Shown here: one piece after another, positions 24,032 to 37,141 of the stretch
Layout: every line of letters starts with the position of its first letter
How positions within the stretch are numbered: the stretch's first letter is position 1
Assembly: GCA_964187785.1 (NCBI GenBank)
Contig: OZ076409.1
Location: 6,946,001 to 7,010,000 of the forward strand
Length of the DNA: 64,000 bases
Source: Amphiscolops sp. MND2022
Lineage: Eukaryota
Direction of reading: 5' to 3'
Program-made: the position numbers and the translations under genes
The notes under the pieces: generated by a model
Databases searched by the model: none
What the model was told of the DNA's origin: nothing
What the model saw: only the letters and a program-made list of their open reading frames with translations

Positions 24032-24807
24032 CGTAAAAGGTCTTCCTCTGCTTTTGCGAGCATTATTTTTTTTAGTTTTAACGAAGGATTCGGAACCACG
24101 TACGGGCAGTGTAGCTCACTGAAAGAAACTCTCATTAACATATAGGTCAAGTAGTGTATTGTTGAATATGAATTTGAAATTCATCAGTTCGCTGGTCTTG
24201 AAAAAAGTGACTACTAGAGTCTCCATTTTCTACGAAATCGCCGTTTGAAAAACTATAATTATTGTCCCCATTATGCTGGGATTCTCGAGTTGGTCGATTG
24301 ACTGTGCTTCAGATTCCAATTGCTTGCTGTATTCCCGAGAATTTTTGTTCATATTGAGAAAGTTTTCTGGGTTCCTGACCTTTCCAAATGCTTTTCTGCA
24401 CCCGGCAATCTACTTGGCAAGCAATCAGTTGCCGAGTTTTGAAAAATGTCTCAGTTCCCAACCCTCACCACCTAATTTTAAGAAAAAAGAATTTGTGAAA
24501 TTATTAAAATAAAAAGACTGAGAACTAAATTAGAAACCTTTACTTTTATGTTTATTCTCAGGATGACAGTTTGGGATTGAGATACAAATTTTGTTCACAC
24601 TTTTTCCCTCATGAAGTCACGCATTCTTGATTAGGAAATCAACAGCTTCCGGTTTTGAGTCACAAAAAACGGTTAATTTTCAACATATTCACAGTCAAAA
24701 TGTGTGAAAAAATGTTTTGTTCAATCGAAAAATTATTCAAATAGAAGTTTACTTCCTGTTATGGAAAACAAAAATTTCGTCGCATTCGAGACTGTCCTAA
24801 ATTAAAT

Positions 24808-25510
24808 AAAACAAGCCGAGAACGGCCAAAGTCGGCGCTATATCTAAGGCTCAAAATTGTAAAAGGGGGGACTCTTTGGGTTTTGTGAAACTCCAGCTGG
24901 TGGCAAAATATGAAAAAAAGTGAATTGAACAGTGTCACAGTGTCGAAAAATGTAAAAGGGGGACCCTTTGGGCTTTGTGAAACTCCAGCTGGTTGCAAAA
25001 TATGAAAAAAATTGAAGGGGGGACCCTTTAAGGACTGAAAAAAATTGCCCAAAAAAATTTTAAAATGTGATTTTTGAACAGTGTCACAGTGCCGAAAAAT
25101 GTAAAAGGGGGGACCCTTTGGAATTTTCTGACATCCATTGTGTTTTAAAATATCGAAACAAATAAAGGGGGGACCCTTTGGTGCAATCCAAAAAGTTTCA
25201 AAAAAAGTCGCATAGTGCCGAAAAAAGTGAGGGGGGGGGGGGGAGGCTTAGGGGAGATCGTTAGTGTGTTGTCGAGGTTTTGTTTGTTTTGTTTTCTTTT
25301 TCGTTTTGGACGCGCTTCTTAGGTTCGCCAAGTTGTTGAAGAAATGAACTGAACAAAGAACAAAAAGAAAAGACAGAAAGAAAAGTGGCACTTTCGTGTC
25401 TAAAAAAAAACTACCCACTGTAATAGTCGGGCACATTTTCTAAAATGCGCCGACTAAAAACATGTGACTGTAATAGTCGGGCTCTTTCATTCTAAAAGCG
25501 CCGACTAGAA
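24808..25510 (-). mobile_element. Helentron-like family A copy with doubled 5' end
   Basis: AAACAAGCCGAGAACGGCCAAAGTCGGCGC ... GCGCCGACTAAAAA (25460) and again GCGCCGACTAGAA (25510). Confidence 0.8.
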
Positions 25511-25929
25511 ATTTCACTTTTAAGTCGACCATTTGAAAAATTTCAGTAAATTTCCCTCGAAAAATTTTGATGGTGGGGAGAAACAGAGGAAAAAACCAAT
25601 GTCTCGATTGTATGGGAATGCATTTTGCCTCTGGATTTAATTCCATTTCACTTGTCCCGGTGAGGACTGATTCTCAATTTTGTCCTCAACTTCAAAGAGA
25701 CTCTTGATGTTGGTAGTTCAAGAGGCTCTAGGCTGTTTCTGCAGCTTGATGGAAACGAAAGCTTTCAGTGTTAACGTTCATTGTTTTCTGTCTCTTTGGC
25801 ACAATATTGCTCTTTTCTGTCCTGATTGACTTGTGAAGAACACTGAGAAGCATTTCAGGAGCATTTTCTGCGTCAATTCTCTGTTTTCAACCTATACACG
25901 AACTTACTGACATGTCTCCTATTTTTTCT

Positions 25930-26215
25930 TTTTTTTAGTCGGCGCTTTTCGTAAGAAAAGAGTCGACCATAGTCATGGCTTTTGTCAAGTGTTTTTTCCG
26001 ATACACCTGAAGTGACCAAAATAGTTCTACCAAAAGTTCTACAGAATTTTAATGTGTTAATATACCTGTTGGCCCAGGGAGCTGAACCAAAAAGGTTTTT
26101 TCCGCGTAACATACAATACCGGGCGAGACTAAAGGGTCCTTCTTTCTATTTTTCGGCATTATGAGACATTTTTCAAAAAAATTCACCAAAGGGTCCCTTC
26201 ATTTTTTGGCTTGTT
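25930..26215 (+). mobile_element. Family A 5' fragment
   Basis: TTTTTAGTCGGCGCTTTTC start; body homologous to 46212-46570. Confidence 0.7.
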
Positions 26216-26228
26216 GATTTGAAAAATG

Positions 26229-26413
26229 TGTAACTGTTTTTTTTAAATCGATCACTGCAGTTTGGAACGCCTTACCTATGAAGATGAAGACCACGAACAT
26301 TGTTCTCGAAACTGCAAAACATAAGATCAAATTTTTCTCCTTTTAGCGGATGGAAAGAGAAAACGATCAATCGGAATAGGGGAAAAATTTTGGATAAATT
26401 ATCGTTTTAAATG
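26229..26413 (+). pseudogene. Diverged LINE ORF2 C-terminus
   Basis: Manual translation KSITAVWNALPMKMKT...ERENDQSE*GKKFWINYRFK* aligns with the ORF at 4686-5063 (KTVPLWNTLP...EREVDTPEYGKKCWRDYQFR). Confidence 0.65.
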
Positions 26414-27640
26414 AATGTATAAGTGCTCTTCCCCCTATTGTTTGAATTGTTTTTTTTTTAAAAAAACTATTCACTATTGCTACACTACCTTTTTAAAAAT
26501 TGTTCATTGTATTTGATTTTAAACAAAGAATTTAGTGTTTTAATGCATTTTTGAAGTGATGATTTCTTGCCATTTTCAATAGATGCATCGTATGTATCAT
26601 AGAGAAGGCTGCTTTTGTATTACCGGTACCGATTGTGGTTTAACTATTGAGTAATTTTTAAATGAAAGATTTTTGAATTAAAATTTTTATAATGAAAAGC
26701 CGGTTTTCTGAGTATATTCCTGATTATTTCGATCGAAATTTGTATGTTCTTTACTAGTTTTTTAGCTTGAAATAACATCGCCGATAGTTTTTTTACAGGG
26801 TCATTCAGAAATTATGTGGAACTTTTATTTCAAATACTTCAATACGTACTATTCAGAACGTAACTATTTTTCAACAGATTTTCAACAATATATGGAACTT
26901 TTGTTTCTGATACATTAAAAGTTTATTCATCTACATTAGGTGCTGGAAATGACCTCCATTCTGATCTTCACACAGCTGTGATCGCTTCCGAATATTGAAC
27001 AAGTTGAATCATGACCGGAAAGAGCAAGTGTGAAAAATTGAAATTTTCACTTAACAACAAAATTGAGCAAAACAAAAAAAATAATCAAAAGGTCCAATGT
27101 TTCTCTGTAGAACCTGAAAAAGCATTATTGTTAAATTTGACCACGATTTCTCATAATTGGAAGATAATTGTGACACATGATTTCTGAAAGACCCTGTGTA
27201 TATTGTCAAAATTAATTTCGAATACTCGCTACTGTTTATACGTGTAATAAACGCATACAAGACGAAATACAAAATTACAGAAAAAATCTTCCTTTCGGAG
27301 CAGATACCAGAAGAAGATAGAGCTGTTGTTTTTAACGAAGATTCTAACATGTCTGAAGCATCCTTACCCGATTTAGAGGGACCATTAGTTCAAAATCAAA
27401 GTGAAAGTTTCAAGAACGATTCATGTTCATCTTATTTTCAATTGTAAATTCCCATTGTTTGTAATCAATTCATTTATTTTTGAAACTTTTGTCCAATCAT
27501 TCTCCTTTTGTTTGTTTAGTTTTCGCCTCAAATAACATTTCATTATCGGGCCTAAATAAACGTTCCCTAATAAACATTGCAATGGGTATAAATATTGCAA
27601 CCTTCTGGAACCGCGCAGCTTCGCCCTAGACTTAGTCATG

Positions 27641-27710
27641 ACCTTGGATGTAATTAAATAGGGTGAAAAAATGGAACCTTGGATGTAATTAAATAGGGTG
27701 AAAAAATGGA
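27641..27710. repeat. Perfect 35-bp tandem duplication
   Basis: ACCTTGGATGTAATTAAATAGGGTGAAAAAATGGA x2. Confidence 0.9.
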
Positions 27711-28208
27711 ATTTCGTCTCGATCTGAATCAAATTTCCGGACAGTTCGACTCATCGCGACCACAAAGGAAGCGTCACGACTAATCCTGGATCATAAAAAG
27801 ACTCAAGTAACCAGTTTTGGTACTTTCAATTTCTTCTGAAATGCTAGATGAACTTGTAAAAAGTGTCAGTTGTAATTCGATTCAGGACGCCGCCATGTGT
27901 AAAACGTGGACGGCACCCGTCATTCAGACACCCAATTAGTCAAAAGTTTTCTCACAGACTTCCAGTGCCTAGCAGGATGTGTCGTAGACTGTGTGCGAGA
28001 GTTCCATTGGCGCTCCAGGGGGGGGGGGGTTGGGTAGAAATACACCTGCTAACAAGGTTGGCATTGTTGTAAACAGTTGTTTTAAACAAGGGATACAAAA
28101 CATGTTCTAAATGGCACTGAAAAAAACATTTAAAAAATTTTTTTCATTATTTTTATGATATCGACCTTATGTCTTCTGTTATTGATGATAATTTTAGTGA
28201 TTACTGTG

Positions 28209-28604
28209 CAGGCTTCGCATGTTTGAAACGCGTTTTAAACAGAACAAAAACCTTCATTTTGTTCAATTGTTTTTATTTCAGTTGTAGATATTTACAAGTT
28301 CCTAAAATCGCAAGTAATCTTGGACAATTTGGTAGAAGACATCAAGAAAATTGCCGATGCGCTTCTGGTTTTTATTCCAAGTTCGGCAAGCTTGGAACGT
28401 ATTTTCAGCACTCTGGGCTTCGTCCACAACGAAACATAAAATCGGCTCTCATTGAAAAAGCCGACAAATTTGCATTCTGTCTTCGCTTGTAAACTCAGTT
28501 CTTAGGTCGTTTAGCGCTAGAAGTATTTGTGCTAGAGTTTTGAACATGTTTTAAACAAAAAATGTTTTAAACACGATTTTTTTTCAATTTTTTTCCGAAC
28601 CCTA
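28209..28604 (+). mobile_element. hAT deletion derivative, family C, with dimerisation-domain remnant
   Basis: Degenerate TIRs CAGGCTTCGCA...TCCGAACCCTA; from 28341 IKKIADALLVFIPSSASLERIFSTLGFVHNET*NRL; TSD not recognisable. Confidence 0.75.
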
Positions 28605-28934
28605 ATTTTTGAAACGAAAAAAATATATGTAAATCGCAACCATGCCAGCTAACTCAACTACCATAATCACTAAATGCTTTTGCCCATGAACGGTTTCTAA
28701 TCGCTTTTTGTCTCTACTATTGATGATGTCTTAGAGCATTTGATGGCTATTTTTGGCTATTTGATCAAGATCTTTGAGCGGAGACCTTGACGTGTTTATC
28801 CGCTGCATTGATCAAAAATTCTGCCAACTTTTTGATCTAAAATTGATCCGCTAGAAATTTGGTTGAAGAACAATTTGATTTTTCTCAAACAGATCCGGTT
28901 TTACCTTTAGACGCGTGTTCTACTTTACCTTTAA

Positions 28935-29524
28935 CCTTAACTTGGCCAATGTGCCAAATTTGGCACATTTTGTTACTGCAAATTCTTAACGCACCAGCTG
29001 ATTGTATGGTAAAGCAAACCCTTTAATAAGAGTTTCAGACAATATTGCATAGCATTCGGCGCCTTTTCACGGAAAATTGACGTGATGTCTCAAAAACCCA
29101 GAAAATGACGCAAAAAAATCAAAAGAAAAATAAGTGCAGATTTTCCGTTTTCCCAGTTTTCGTTTGTGCCCCTTTTATCCCACTGGTATCAACATTGGGT
29201 CAAAGCGTCCCCAGCATGTTTTGAAACATGTTGAAAAGCAAGCAGAGACACGAGGCGTGCAAAGTTTTGGCGCAAAGTTCGGAGCCAGTGCGGCGAAGCC
29301 GCACGCCAGCGGAGAACTTCGCGCAAAAAACTTTGCGCGCAAGGGGCCCGCGCTAGCGGGCCCCAAGCCCAGCAGTTTAAAAATTGATTTGAAAGCCCCA
29401 ATGCTCCTCTTTCGAACGCTGTATAAATCGTTTGTCGGACTTGTATAGTTCAGAAGATATTGCGGTTTAAAGTTGAAGCACCTGATTTTTGGACGCAACA
29501 AGATTTTTCCTGGCCAACTTAAGG
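28935..29524 (+). mobile_element. piggyBac-type MITE
   Basis: TTAA|CCTTAACTTGGCCA...TGGCCAACTTAAGG|TTAA; near-identical to the three copies at 53004-55025. Confidence 0.85.
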
Positions 29525-30852
29525 TTAAGTATGAACATCAATTCTAAATCTGACAAACGCTTCCAATCTTTTTCGAATCCATTTCTAGAAATTTAGCTTT
29601 TTAGCAAGTAAAGCGCAACTAATTTATGTTGTTTCTTTCAAGCTAGGAGAAACCTCCATTCAATATCGAAACGGTAGCGAAAGTTCAGAAAATACAAAAC
29701 TATTTTCTCTATCATGGAAAATCAATACGATTCAGCAGTTGAAAGCAATTAAATTATCAACTGGGTCTTCAATCAATCAAGTTAAATTATCCTCATGTTT
29801 TTGTACTACTTGCTTTTCATTTTATTTTCTTGTATAAATTTGTTTCCGCACAATAGATAATTGCTTTTCTTCTAAGGGCAAAGAAAATTTTCTGCAGCCA
29901 TACAAAAAGCACTCACGCTGTGAAATTTTAGTCAGAAGTTTGCAATTTTTTGTTCCGGTTTAAATGCTTATTGTGCCGTTTTATTTTTGTGATTTCTACT
30001 GAAAGCGGCTGACATGTCAGCGAAGAAAACTGATGTGGATTTTCTAATGATTTTCAAAATAGACGCAATTCCCTCGAGTGGTAGGATATGCGGAAATTTC
30101 GTCAGAAACAACTCTTGGATTTTTAATTAGGCTCAAACTCGTCGAAAAAATAGATTACTAAATGTCTGTAAGAAATCCACAAGAAAATTGATTCTTCTAA
30201 ATGTTATTACAAATGTTATGGAATTATTTTTCTTAATTGATGCGTGAACTTTTCAGTTTTACGCAAAATATAGCCTTTTTAGTTGTTAATTGCTTGAAAT
30301 GTCTGGCTTTTATAGTTTATAGTGTAATCATTTTGTTCCTAATGCAATAGGATATAAAAATTTGCGTCGTGTTTGGCTCGGTTAATTTTCCGTACCTGCA
30401 ACAATTTTTCCACCGCAGAGATTCTGACGGATTTTTTTTTAGATTCAGTGGTAGGGTCCATAGTTGGATTCGATATGCGCAGCTCTTACGTTTTGAAATG
30501 ATACAATTTGTGGGAAGATTTCAAAAATTGCGCATTTTGGGCACAAAGACTGGGGCTTTGACCGGCTGTCCGTTTCTTTTTTTTGTTTTGCTTATGTTTA
30601 TAGTACGTTAACAAATTGGCAAGTTTTATGCCAGCGTGAAGTTATGAAATAAGTTATTCGTCTACCATTGTTTTCCATTTTTAGTAGTCCTATTTTTTCA
30701 GATATGCAAAAGGACACTATTGTTAAAATTTCATCAATTTTACAGTGCCAGAAAGTACCCGACGGGATACGTATAAATCTCGAAAATCATCACCTTTTCC
30801 CCTACTGGAAACGGCAAAACCATCTTTCTCAACCGGAAACCTCTCGAAAACG

Positions 30853-31531
30853 AAACAAGCCGGGACCGGCCCAAGTCGGCGCCATATCCAAGGCTCAAAA
30901 ATAGCAAAAAGACTTCCAAGTGTCAAGTACTCTTTTACAGTACTCGAAAATCGAAATTTTTTGAAAAAAAATTTTTCGAAAAAATTACATACTCAAAAAA
31001 AATGGACCGAGTGGCGCGCCGGGCCCGCTAGCGCGAGCCCCTGGCGCGCTAAAGTCTCACAATGCCGAAAAACTGAAAGGGTGGACCCTTTGAGGTTTTT
31101 CAACATCCATTCTGTCGCAAAACATGAAAAAATTGAAGAAAACAAAAATTTTCATTTTCGGGAAAAAATCTCACAATGCCGAAAAAAACTGAAAGGGGGG
31201 ACCCTTTGGGATTTTTTAACATCCATTCTGTCGCAAAACATCAAAAAAATGCAGGGGGGGACCCTTTGGGGAAAAGTTTTTTTTCGAAAAAAAAGTCTCG
31301 CATTGCCGAAAAAAATGAAAGGGGGGAGTCTTTGGTCTCGCCCGGTATGGTATGTTACGCGGAAAAACAGGAAAAACCTTTTTGGTTCAGTTCGCTAGAC
31401 CAAATAGTGCATTTTGATGCAATAATATTTTGTAGAACTTTTGTAGAACTATTTTGGTCAGTTCGTGTGGATAGAAAAAAAAAGAGTCACTATAATAGTC
31501 GCGTTTCACTTCATGAAGCGCCGACTAAAAA
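30853..31531 (-). mobile_element. Helentron-like family A copy
   Basis: AAACAAGCCGGGACCGGCCCAAGTCGGCGC ... GAAGCGCCGACTAAAAA; closely similar to 48591-49208. Confidence 0.85.
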
Positions 31532-32244
31532 TGAGAGAAAAATTTTCGATTTTTTTTTCAAAAAATGTCTTTGGTAAGTCGCATAGTGCCGAAAACCCTA
31601 GGGAGGGAACCCTTAGGGGTTTTTTAACATCCCTTCTGTTGCAAAATATCAAAAAATTGAATGGGGACCCTTTGGAGACATTAAGAAATTGTCGAAAAAG
31701 CCTCACACAGCCGAAAAAGGACGACAAAAAAGTCTCAGTGTCGATAAAAGTGGAGAGGGGGACCCTTCTGCTTTGGAATGGTTTTGTATTTCATGTTAGA
31801 GACTTTGGATGCGATCAAAATGAAGTACTAAGTACTTATGGAATAAGTGCATAATGTACAAAAAGTGGACCGATTTTTTTTGGCACTGTGCAACTTTTGT
31901 TTGGAAATTTGTGTCTTAGTTTTTTGTCAGTTTGGAAAAAGTCCTTTTCAGCTGAGTTGTTTTACAAATCTCGAGTGTACTGACTTTTCATAAAATTGGC
32001 CTTTTAGCTGACAGTTGCGCTTTTGAGCCTTAGCGGGGCTTACTTAAGTTAGGGTCCAAACTACGCTCCAAACTACAAAATGTGTCCTAATGGTCCACTT
32101 TTTGCGAACTTTCAGCTTCAATTCTAAAGAGCATCCAAGAGATCCTATTTGTTTGTTTTACATTTTTACTTGAATTATAAAGCCACCGGAGACCAAAAGT
32201 TTTTTCGGCACTTTTTTACTTGATATTTTTTGATCTTTTCAATG

Positions 32245-32470
32245 ATTTTTAGTCGGCGCTTTTCGTTGACTATAACAGTGACTTCTTAAGACCAACGAAG
32301 TGACAGATTTTATAAGCTTTATAAGCTGGCTTCCACTAACACTAACTGGCACACTGCTCTACTGGCACTTGGCATAGAGGTTAATTAGGCTTTTTGAGGT
32401 CTGCCGTGCAGAAGGACGTGGGTTCGAGTCTCGCCCTTGACCAAATTTTTTTGCATGTTTCAATTTATTT
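32245..32470 (+). mobile_element. Family A 5' fragment with tRNA-derived cassette (about 32364-32442)
   Basis: TTTTTAGTCGGCGC start; TGGCATAGAGG ... GGGTTCGAGTCTC. Confidence 0.7.
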
Positions 32471-32926
32471 TGGTTAACTTCAAAGTATCTTGAAAAAAAT
32501 TAACAATGCATTTCTTTCGAAACTTAATTCAGTCTCACTCAACTTTGTTGATGTTGAGGCACCATTCAGAAAAATTAACTTTGGTTCCTTTCTTGAGTTG
32601 TGCAGTGTACTTGTGAAGACATGTTTTTTTAAAAAGCTTTTTGCCGCAAATTTTCGCCTATTTTTTCGTTTTGGAAACGATGTTAATCCCCGCCCAAGTG
32701 TACAGTCAAGAAGTACCGTTCCGCCTCAAAGTCCCTGCACGGAATAAGATATGGTTTTACCTTGATGCACATTTATCAGTGCTTCGCTATCAGTATTTTA
32801 CTCTTTGAAGATGAATAATCAATGGTACTCTGATGCCGCATGTTGGATCGATACTTTTTTCACAATAATGGTTTTTAATAGAGACGGAGATGCATTGGAA
32901 GATGTACTGATTGAAAGGTGTTATGA

Positions 32927-33548
32927 TTTTTAGTAGTCAGAAAAAAATTTCGACTACTTGGGAAAACGTGACGTTTTTTCTCGACCTTTCAATGAAATTT
33001 TCAACTTTCTCAAAAACTGTCCAGACGATTTTCATAAAATTTAGCACAGACATTCTACACCCGAACGAAATTATTTACAGTCATTCTACACCATAATAGT
33101 GTGTCAAGTGTCAAGTATTCTTTTACAGTACCCGAAAAACCCAAAAGTTGAACCAAATTGGCACACCGGGGCCCGTTAGCGGCGCGCTAAAAGGGGACCC
33201 TTTCGGATTTTTTAACATCCATTGTTTCAAACATCAAAAAATTGAAGGAGGTCCCTTTGGGGATTTTTTTCGAAAAGTCTCACAATGCCGAAAAAAGTGA
33301 AAGTGGGACCCTTTGGGATTTTTCAACACATTCTTTGAGGATTTTTTTCGAAAAAAGTCTCATACTGCCGAAACAATCTGAAAGGGGGACCATTTAGTAT
33401 CGCCCGGTACTGTATGTTACGCGGTTCAGTTCGCTATGCCAAATGGTTCAATTTGACACCATAATATTTCGTAAAACTTTTGTAGAAATATTTTGGTCAG
33501 TTCGTGTGGATTGAAAAAGAAGTCACTACAATAGTCGCGTTTCACTCT
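32927..33548. mobile_element. Family H 5' fragment (+) abutting a family A fragment (-)
   Basis: TTTAGTAGTCAGAAAAAAATTTCGACTACT plus a partial 172-bp unit; then family A modules in reverse. Confidence 0.6.
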
Positions 33549-34189
33549 ATGACCATGCTTAATTTTTGGACTTTTTTCGATTTTATCGAAAACTCCCCGA
33601 GAAGCGTGTAACTGTTTCATCACAATTGGGATCACAAGATGCGCTCTTAGTTTGAGCAGTTTTCACTCAAGTGACGTAAGATTGGCATCCTTTGAAACAA
33701 GGGTTTTCAGCTAATGCATTTTGTCGTGGTACCAAATTGATCTCTAGGAGAAACCTTGAACGAAACCCTTTCAAGACGATAAGCTTGAATCAGTTAAGAT
33801 TAGTTGAGATTTTCTAGCTTCCACTGTGATGACATATTGAACATCTAACTGTGAAGCAATGTGCATAAATTGCTTTTTTAAATTAATTCGACATTATCAG
33901 TTCAAATAACCCACGCTATCTAAATTGAATATTTACCTGATAAAATTGAATGGTGATAAAATGTTTTTTTTCTCTCGAAGCTTTTTTCAGCGTCGTCGAT
34001 TCTGTTAGACTAACCTTGCTATTTTGTTAAATTGCGTCAGGGGTTTAACTTGGATCCAGAACTTGTTCAGAATGATGCTTCTAGTGAACCTGCGATCACA
34101 TGTGTGCAAATATTAGAAATTTCATGGCAAATTTTTTTTACAGTTTGCAGAAATATTACTTGGTTGAGAAGGTGCCGATTTTGCTATTA

Positions 34190-34370
34190 CAGTCGAACTC
34201 GGATAAAAGAAACACGGATAAGAAACATTTGGATTTAAACGTTTTCACTTCTCCACTTTTAGGCAAGACAAACTTTATGTTAATAGGACAACTGGTAAAA
34301 GAAACAATGGATAAAAGAAACTTTTTATTACTGTCCTCTGACCTCTGAGTTTTTTATCCGAGTTTGACTG
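34190..34370. mobile_element. Tc1/mariner (pogo/Tigger-like) MITE
   Basis: TA|CAGTCGAACTCGGATAAAA...TTTTATCCGAGTTTGACTG|TA. Confidence 0.85.
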
Positions 34371-34736
34371 TAAACGAAAAATTGGGGGAAAATGTTGATC
34401 GGAAATTGCATTGGAACCACAGCTCTCGCTTAAAAAAGTATTGCAAAACCTTTTTTTTTGTTTCTATTGCTTCCTGTTTATTGGCCTGCACTGTGAGATA
34501 TTGACTGTGATTTCTTTTTGCATTCTTTCCATACATGAAATATGGCTGATATGAAAAAGTGGCAAGCGGATTTTAAATTGCTCTTAACTTTCAAATTGGT
34601 CTCCTAATTAGGTTTTCCATTTCGTGAGATCATGATTTTATCAACAGAAATTGGGCAAGTATTGGGGTTTGAAACTAATTAATCGTTCGTAGAGATCTTT
34701 GGTTGGTCTTAAAGAGTTGAATGCAAGAGTTCATTA

Positions 34737-35229
34737 TTTTTAGTCAGTGCTTCATGAATTAAAACTTGAACGCAACTATTATAGTGGCTTTCCGTCTGTT
34801 TTGTTTTCAATGCGGTAGAAGTGACCACGAAAGTTCTATTAAACGCCTAAGAGCTGAAGAGGACTCTTTCTTTTTTGACATTTGAATTACAAAAGTATCT
34901 TTTTTTTCGGCACTGTGTGACGACGTCGTTTGATTTTTTTGATTTCACCAAAGGGGTATTTTTTTGGGATTTTCAGTTAGGAAAAGGTCCTTTGAAACCC
35001 AAAGTGTGTTTTTCGGCGTTGTGAGATTTTTCAGAATTGCCATAGAAACATTTTCTTAAGCATATTTGAGAGTTAGAAAAAGCTTTGTACGTCCTTGTAA
35101 GGGTCCTCCCCTTATATTTTTTCTTGAAATTTTGTGATTTTTTGTCAAAAACAGTTCCTTGATTGTTCGAACTACTTAGCGTTTTTTGGGCCTTAAGCGG
35201 GCACCGACTCATACCGTTCCGGGCTTGTT
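34737..35229 (+). mobile_element. Diverged family A copy
   Basis: TTTTTAGTCAGTGCTTCATGAA ... GCACCGACTCATACCGTTCCGGGCTTGTT. Confidence 0.65.
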
Positions 35230-35251
35230 CATTTTCAGTACTATCGTTTTG

Positions 35252-35539
35252 TTATTTTCCGCCCACATAAATGGGGGAGGAAAATCATGATCTGTGTTGC
35301 GTTTTTTTTTACAAATTCTGCCAAAACTCCATTTTATCTCCATTTCACTTAGTTACTTGACTGTTTTTTAGTTTCTTGACTATTTTACTAGTAACTATAT
35401 AATAGTCATGTAACTAAAATAGCGCCATGGCGCAGTTGGTAGTGCGTGTGCCTGTCAGTCACGAGGTCGTGGGTTCGAACCCGTGCTGGTGCGATACTTT
35501 TTAGCGGAAAATATCCCGGTGCTTAGCGGGCGTCTTGTT
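35252..35539 (+). mobile_element. Helentron-like family G copy 2
   Basis: Same ends as 3161-3435: TTATTTTCCGCCCACATAAATGGGGGAG ... GCGGAAAATATCCCGGTGCTTAGCGGGCGTCTTGTT. Confidence 0.85.
35422..35493 (+). pseudogene. Near full-length tRNA-like sequence (GTC at anticodon position) inside family G
   Basis: GCGCCA/TGGTGC acceptor-like pairing, D arm GCGC-AGTTGGTA-GTGC, loop CTGTCAG, GGGTTCGAACCC, T-run just downstream; T and anticodon stems imperfect. Confidence 0.7.
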
Positions 35540-35599
35540 ATTCAATCGTAAATCATAGAGGAGTATTCTAACTTTACTATGCTTTTATTATAGCACAAG

Positions 35600-36630
35600 C
35601 CTTTGGTGCTTTCAATTTTAAACTGTGAAATTCTTCCGCAGTAGAAATATTACGAAGCCTAATCGAAAGCAATATGTAATTTGATTAACTTCCAAATTGT
35701 CGATTCGCTATTTTCGCCGTAACTGGGATTAGTCTGGATAGTTTTTTATCTAAACTTTTGCCACTTTGGTCGCAAATCAGATATAGCGAGTGATCAATGA
35801 TTTTGATCTGATCAAGATCTTTCTGCAGATTGCCTTCGATTCTCCTATTAAATGAGTATACAAATATCCTTGAAAGTGCAATATGGTGGAAGTAATTGTT
35901 AAGCCTTTCGACTCTGTTGACAATCTTGTTTAAAAACTGCGGTGCAAACGATTAGACGGAAGTTACAGCCCCTGTTGTAATAAATTGTGCTGTTTCTATT
36001 TTGCACTGACTGTGTTGTTAGTTGCCAGCAATTTATATTCATTTTCGCCACTGTGCACAAACGAAAACAATTCTTGTTTTGCTATCCTCGCTAATAAGAC
36101 GAGCTCAATGCCTGGAAAAAGCAGTTGAACGTGGCCAAGGGTTGTGTAATTGTGGCGCTACTTCAGTAGTATTTATTTTAATTGTCATGTAGTATATACA
36201 AGTGGCCGGTAGAAAAGAACGCTCGTAAAACATAGTTGGTAAATGTCAAAATAAGCCCGCTTCGAGTATCAAGCAACCATGTTAACCGATTATTTTTGTA
36301 ACTTTGTATCACCTGCTTTCCCAATGTCAGGTTGAATGCAGGAAGATTTCTGTCTCTTAAACACTCTGCTCCGAGTTTATCCTCGCAAATGCCCACGTTT
36401 TCTGTCATGTAGATCCCACCGCAAACCGGCCCTGCCCATATTTTTATTCAAACTTGCAAATACTTCCTTTAGCTTATAGCTTTGTGCGGCAGTCTTTAAT
36501 GTAAGACTGATAACGAAGATTTGATTATCCCCAAATTTATTGCTTCTCACTCAGCCTAGTAGTTGCTTTGACCCCCGACTCATTTCGAGCAGAGCTACCA
36601 GTAAGTTCCCAGCTCTTCAATTCCATAAAT
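35600..36630 (-). pseudogene. Possible heavily decayed LINE reverse-transcriptase region
   Basis: Only traces (YGI..G, AFA.D-like near 36385) in the expected order; many stops and frameshifts. Confidence 0.3.
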
Positions 36631-37141
36631 TTTTGAGGAAATAAATATTGTGCATTTTCGGCGGCGTCAGTATTTGAAAAATAGTAAAACATAACGCCAG
36701 GGTTGACATGTTATTCAGCACTGTTTTTAGCTACCCTTTAAGAAGCGTTTTTTTTTCGTTTTGGGAACAGATGTTTGTTACATATTAGCCGTCTTAAACA
36801 AGATTTGCCAAATGTTTACCAAAATTAACGTGTCCTATATCATTTTGAAGCTCGTGAGACGCTATTTATGATTCAATCACTCAAATATAGCAGACCGCTC
36901 TCCGGCTTCAGAAATTTAGTCGAAGATGAACAACAGAACAGATGAACAAATTGTAAAAAGTGGACCATTCAGAGTGAGATTGTAGGCTGAAAAAGAAAAA
37001 AAACTACCCACTGTAATAGTCGGGCTTTTTTCCCTAAGGGAAAAAGCGCCGACTGAAAACACTTCCTTTCGGTGAAATACTGTTCGTTATTTTTGATTTC
37101 CGTCAGGGTACGTCATGAGACACCCGCTTTGCTTTTCTCTC

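Noticed and set aside
24930..25100. CACAGTG/CACAATG motifs as RAG recombination signals or Transib ends
   Set aside because: No ACAAAAACC nonamer at 12/23 spacing; the motifs are internal and tandem, with no inverted pair or 5-bp TSD.
30745..31854. Longest ORFs (217 aa, 133 aa, 129 aa) as protein-coding genes
   Set aside because: They lie within family A repeat modules; frames differ between copies because of homopolymer slippage; no domain motif.
35422..35493. Functional tRNA-Asp gene
   Set aside because: T stem and anticodon stem are imperfect and it is embedded in a repeat; reported as tRNA-derived only.
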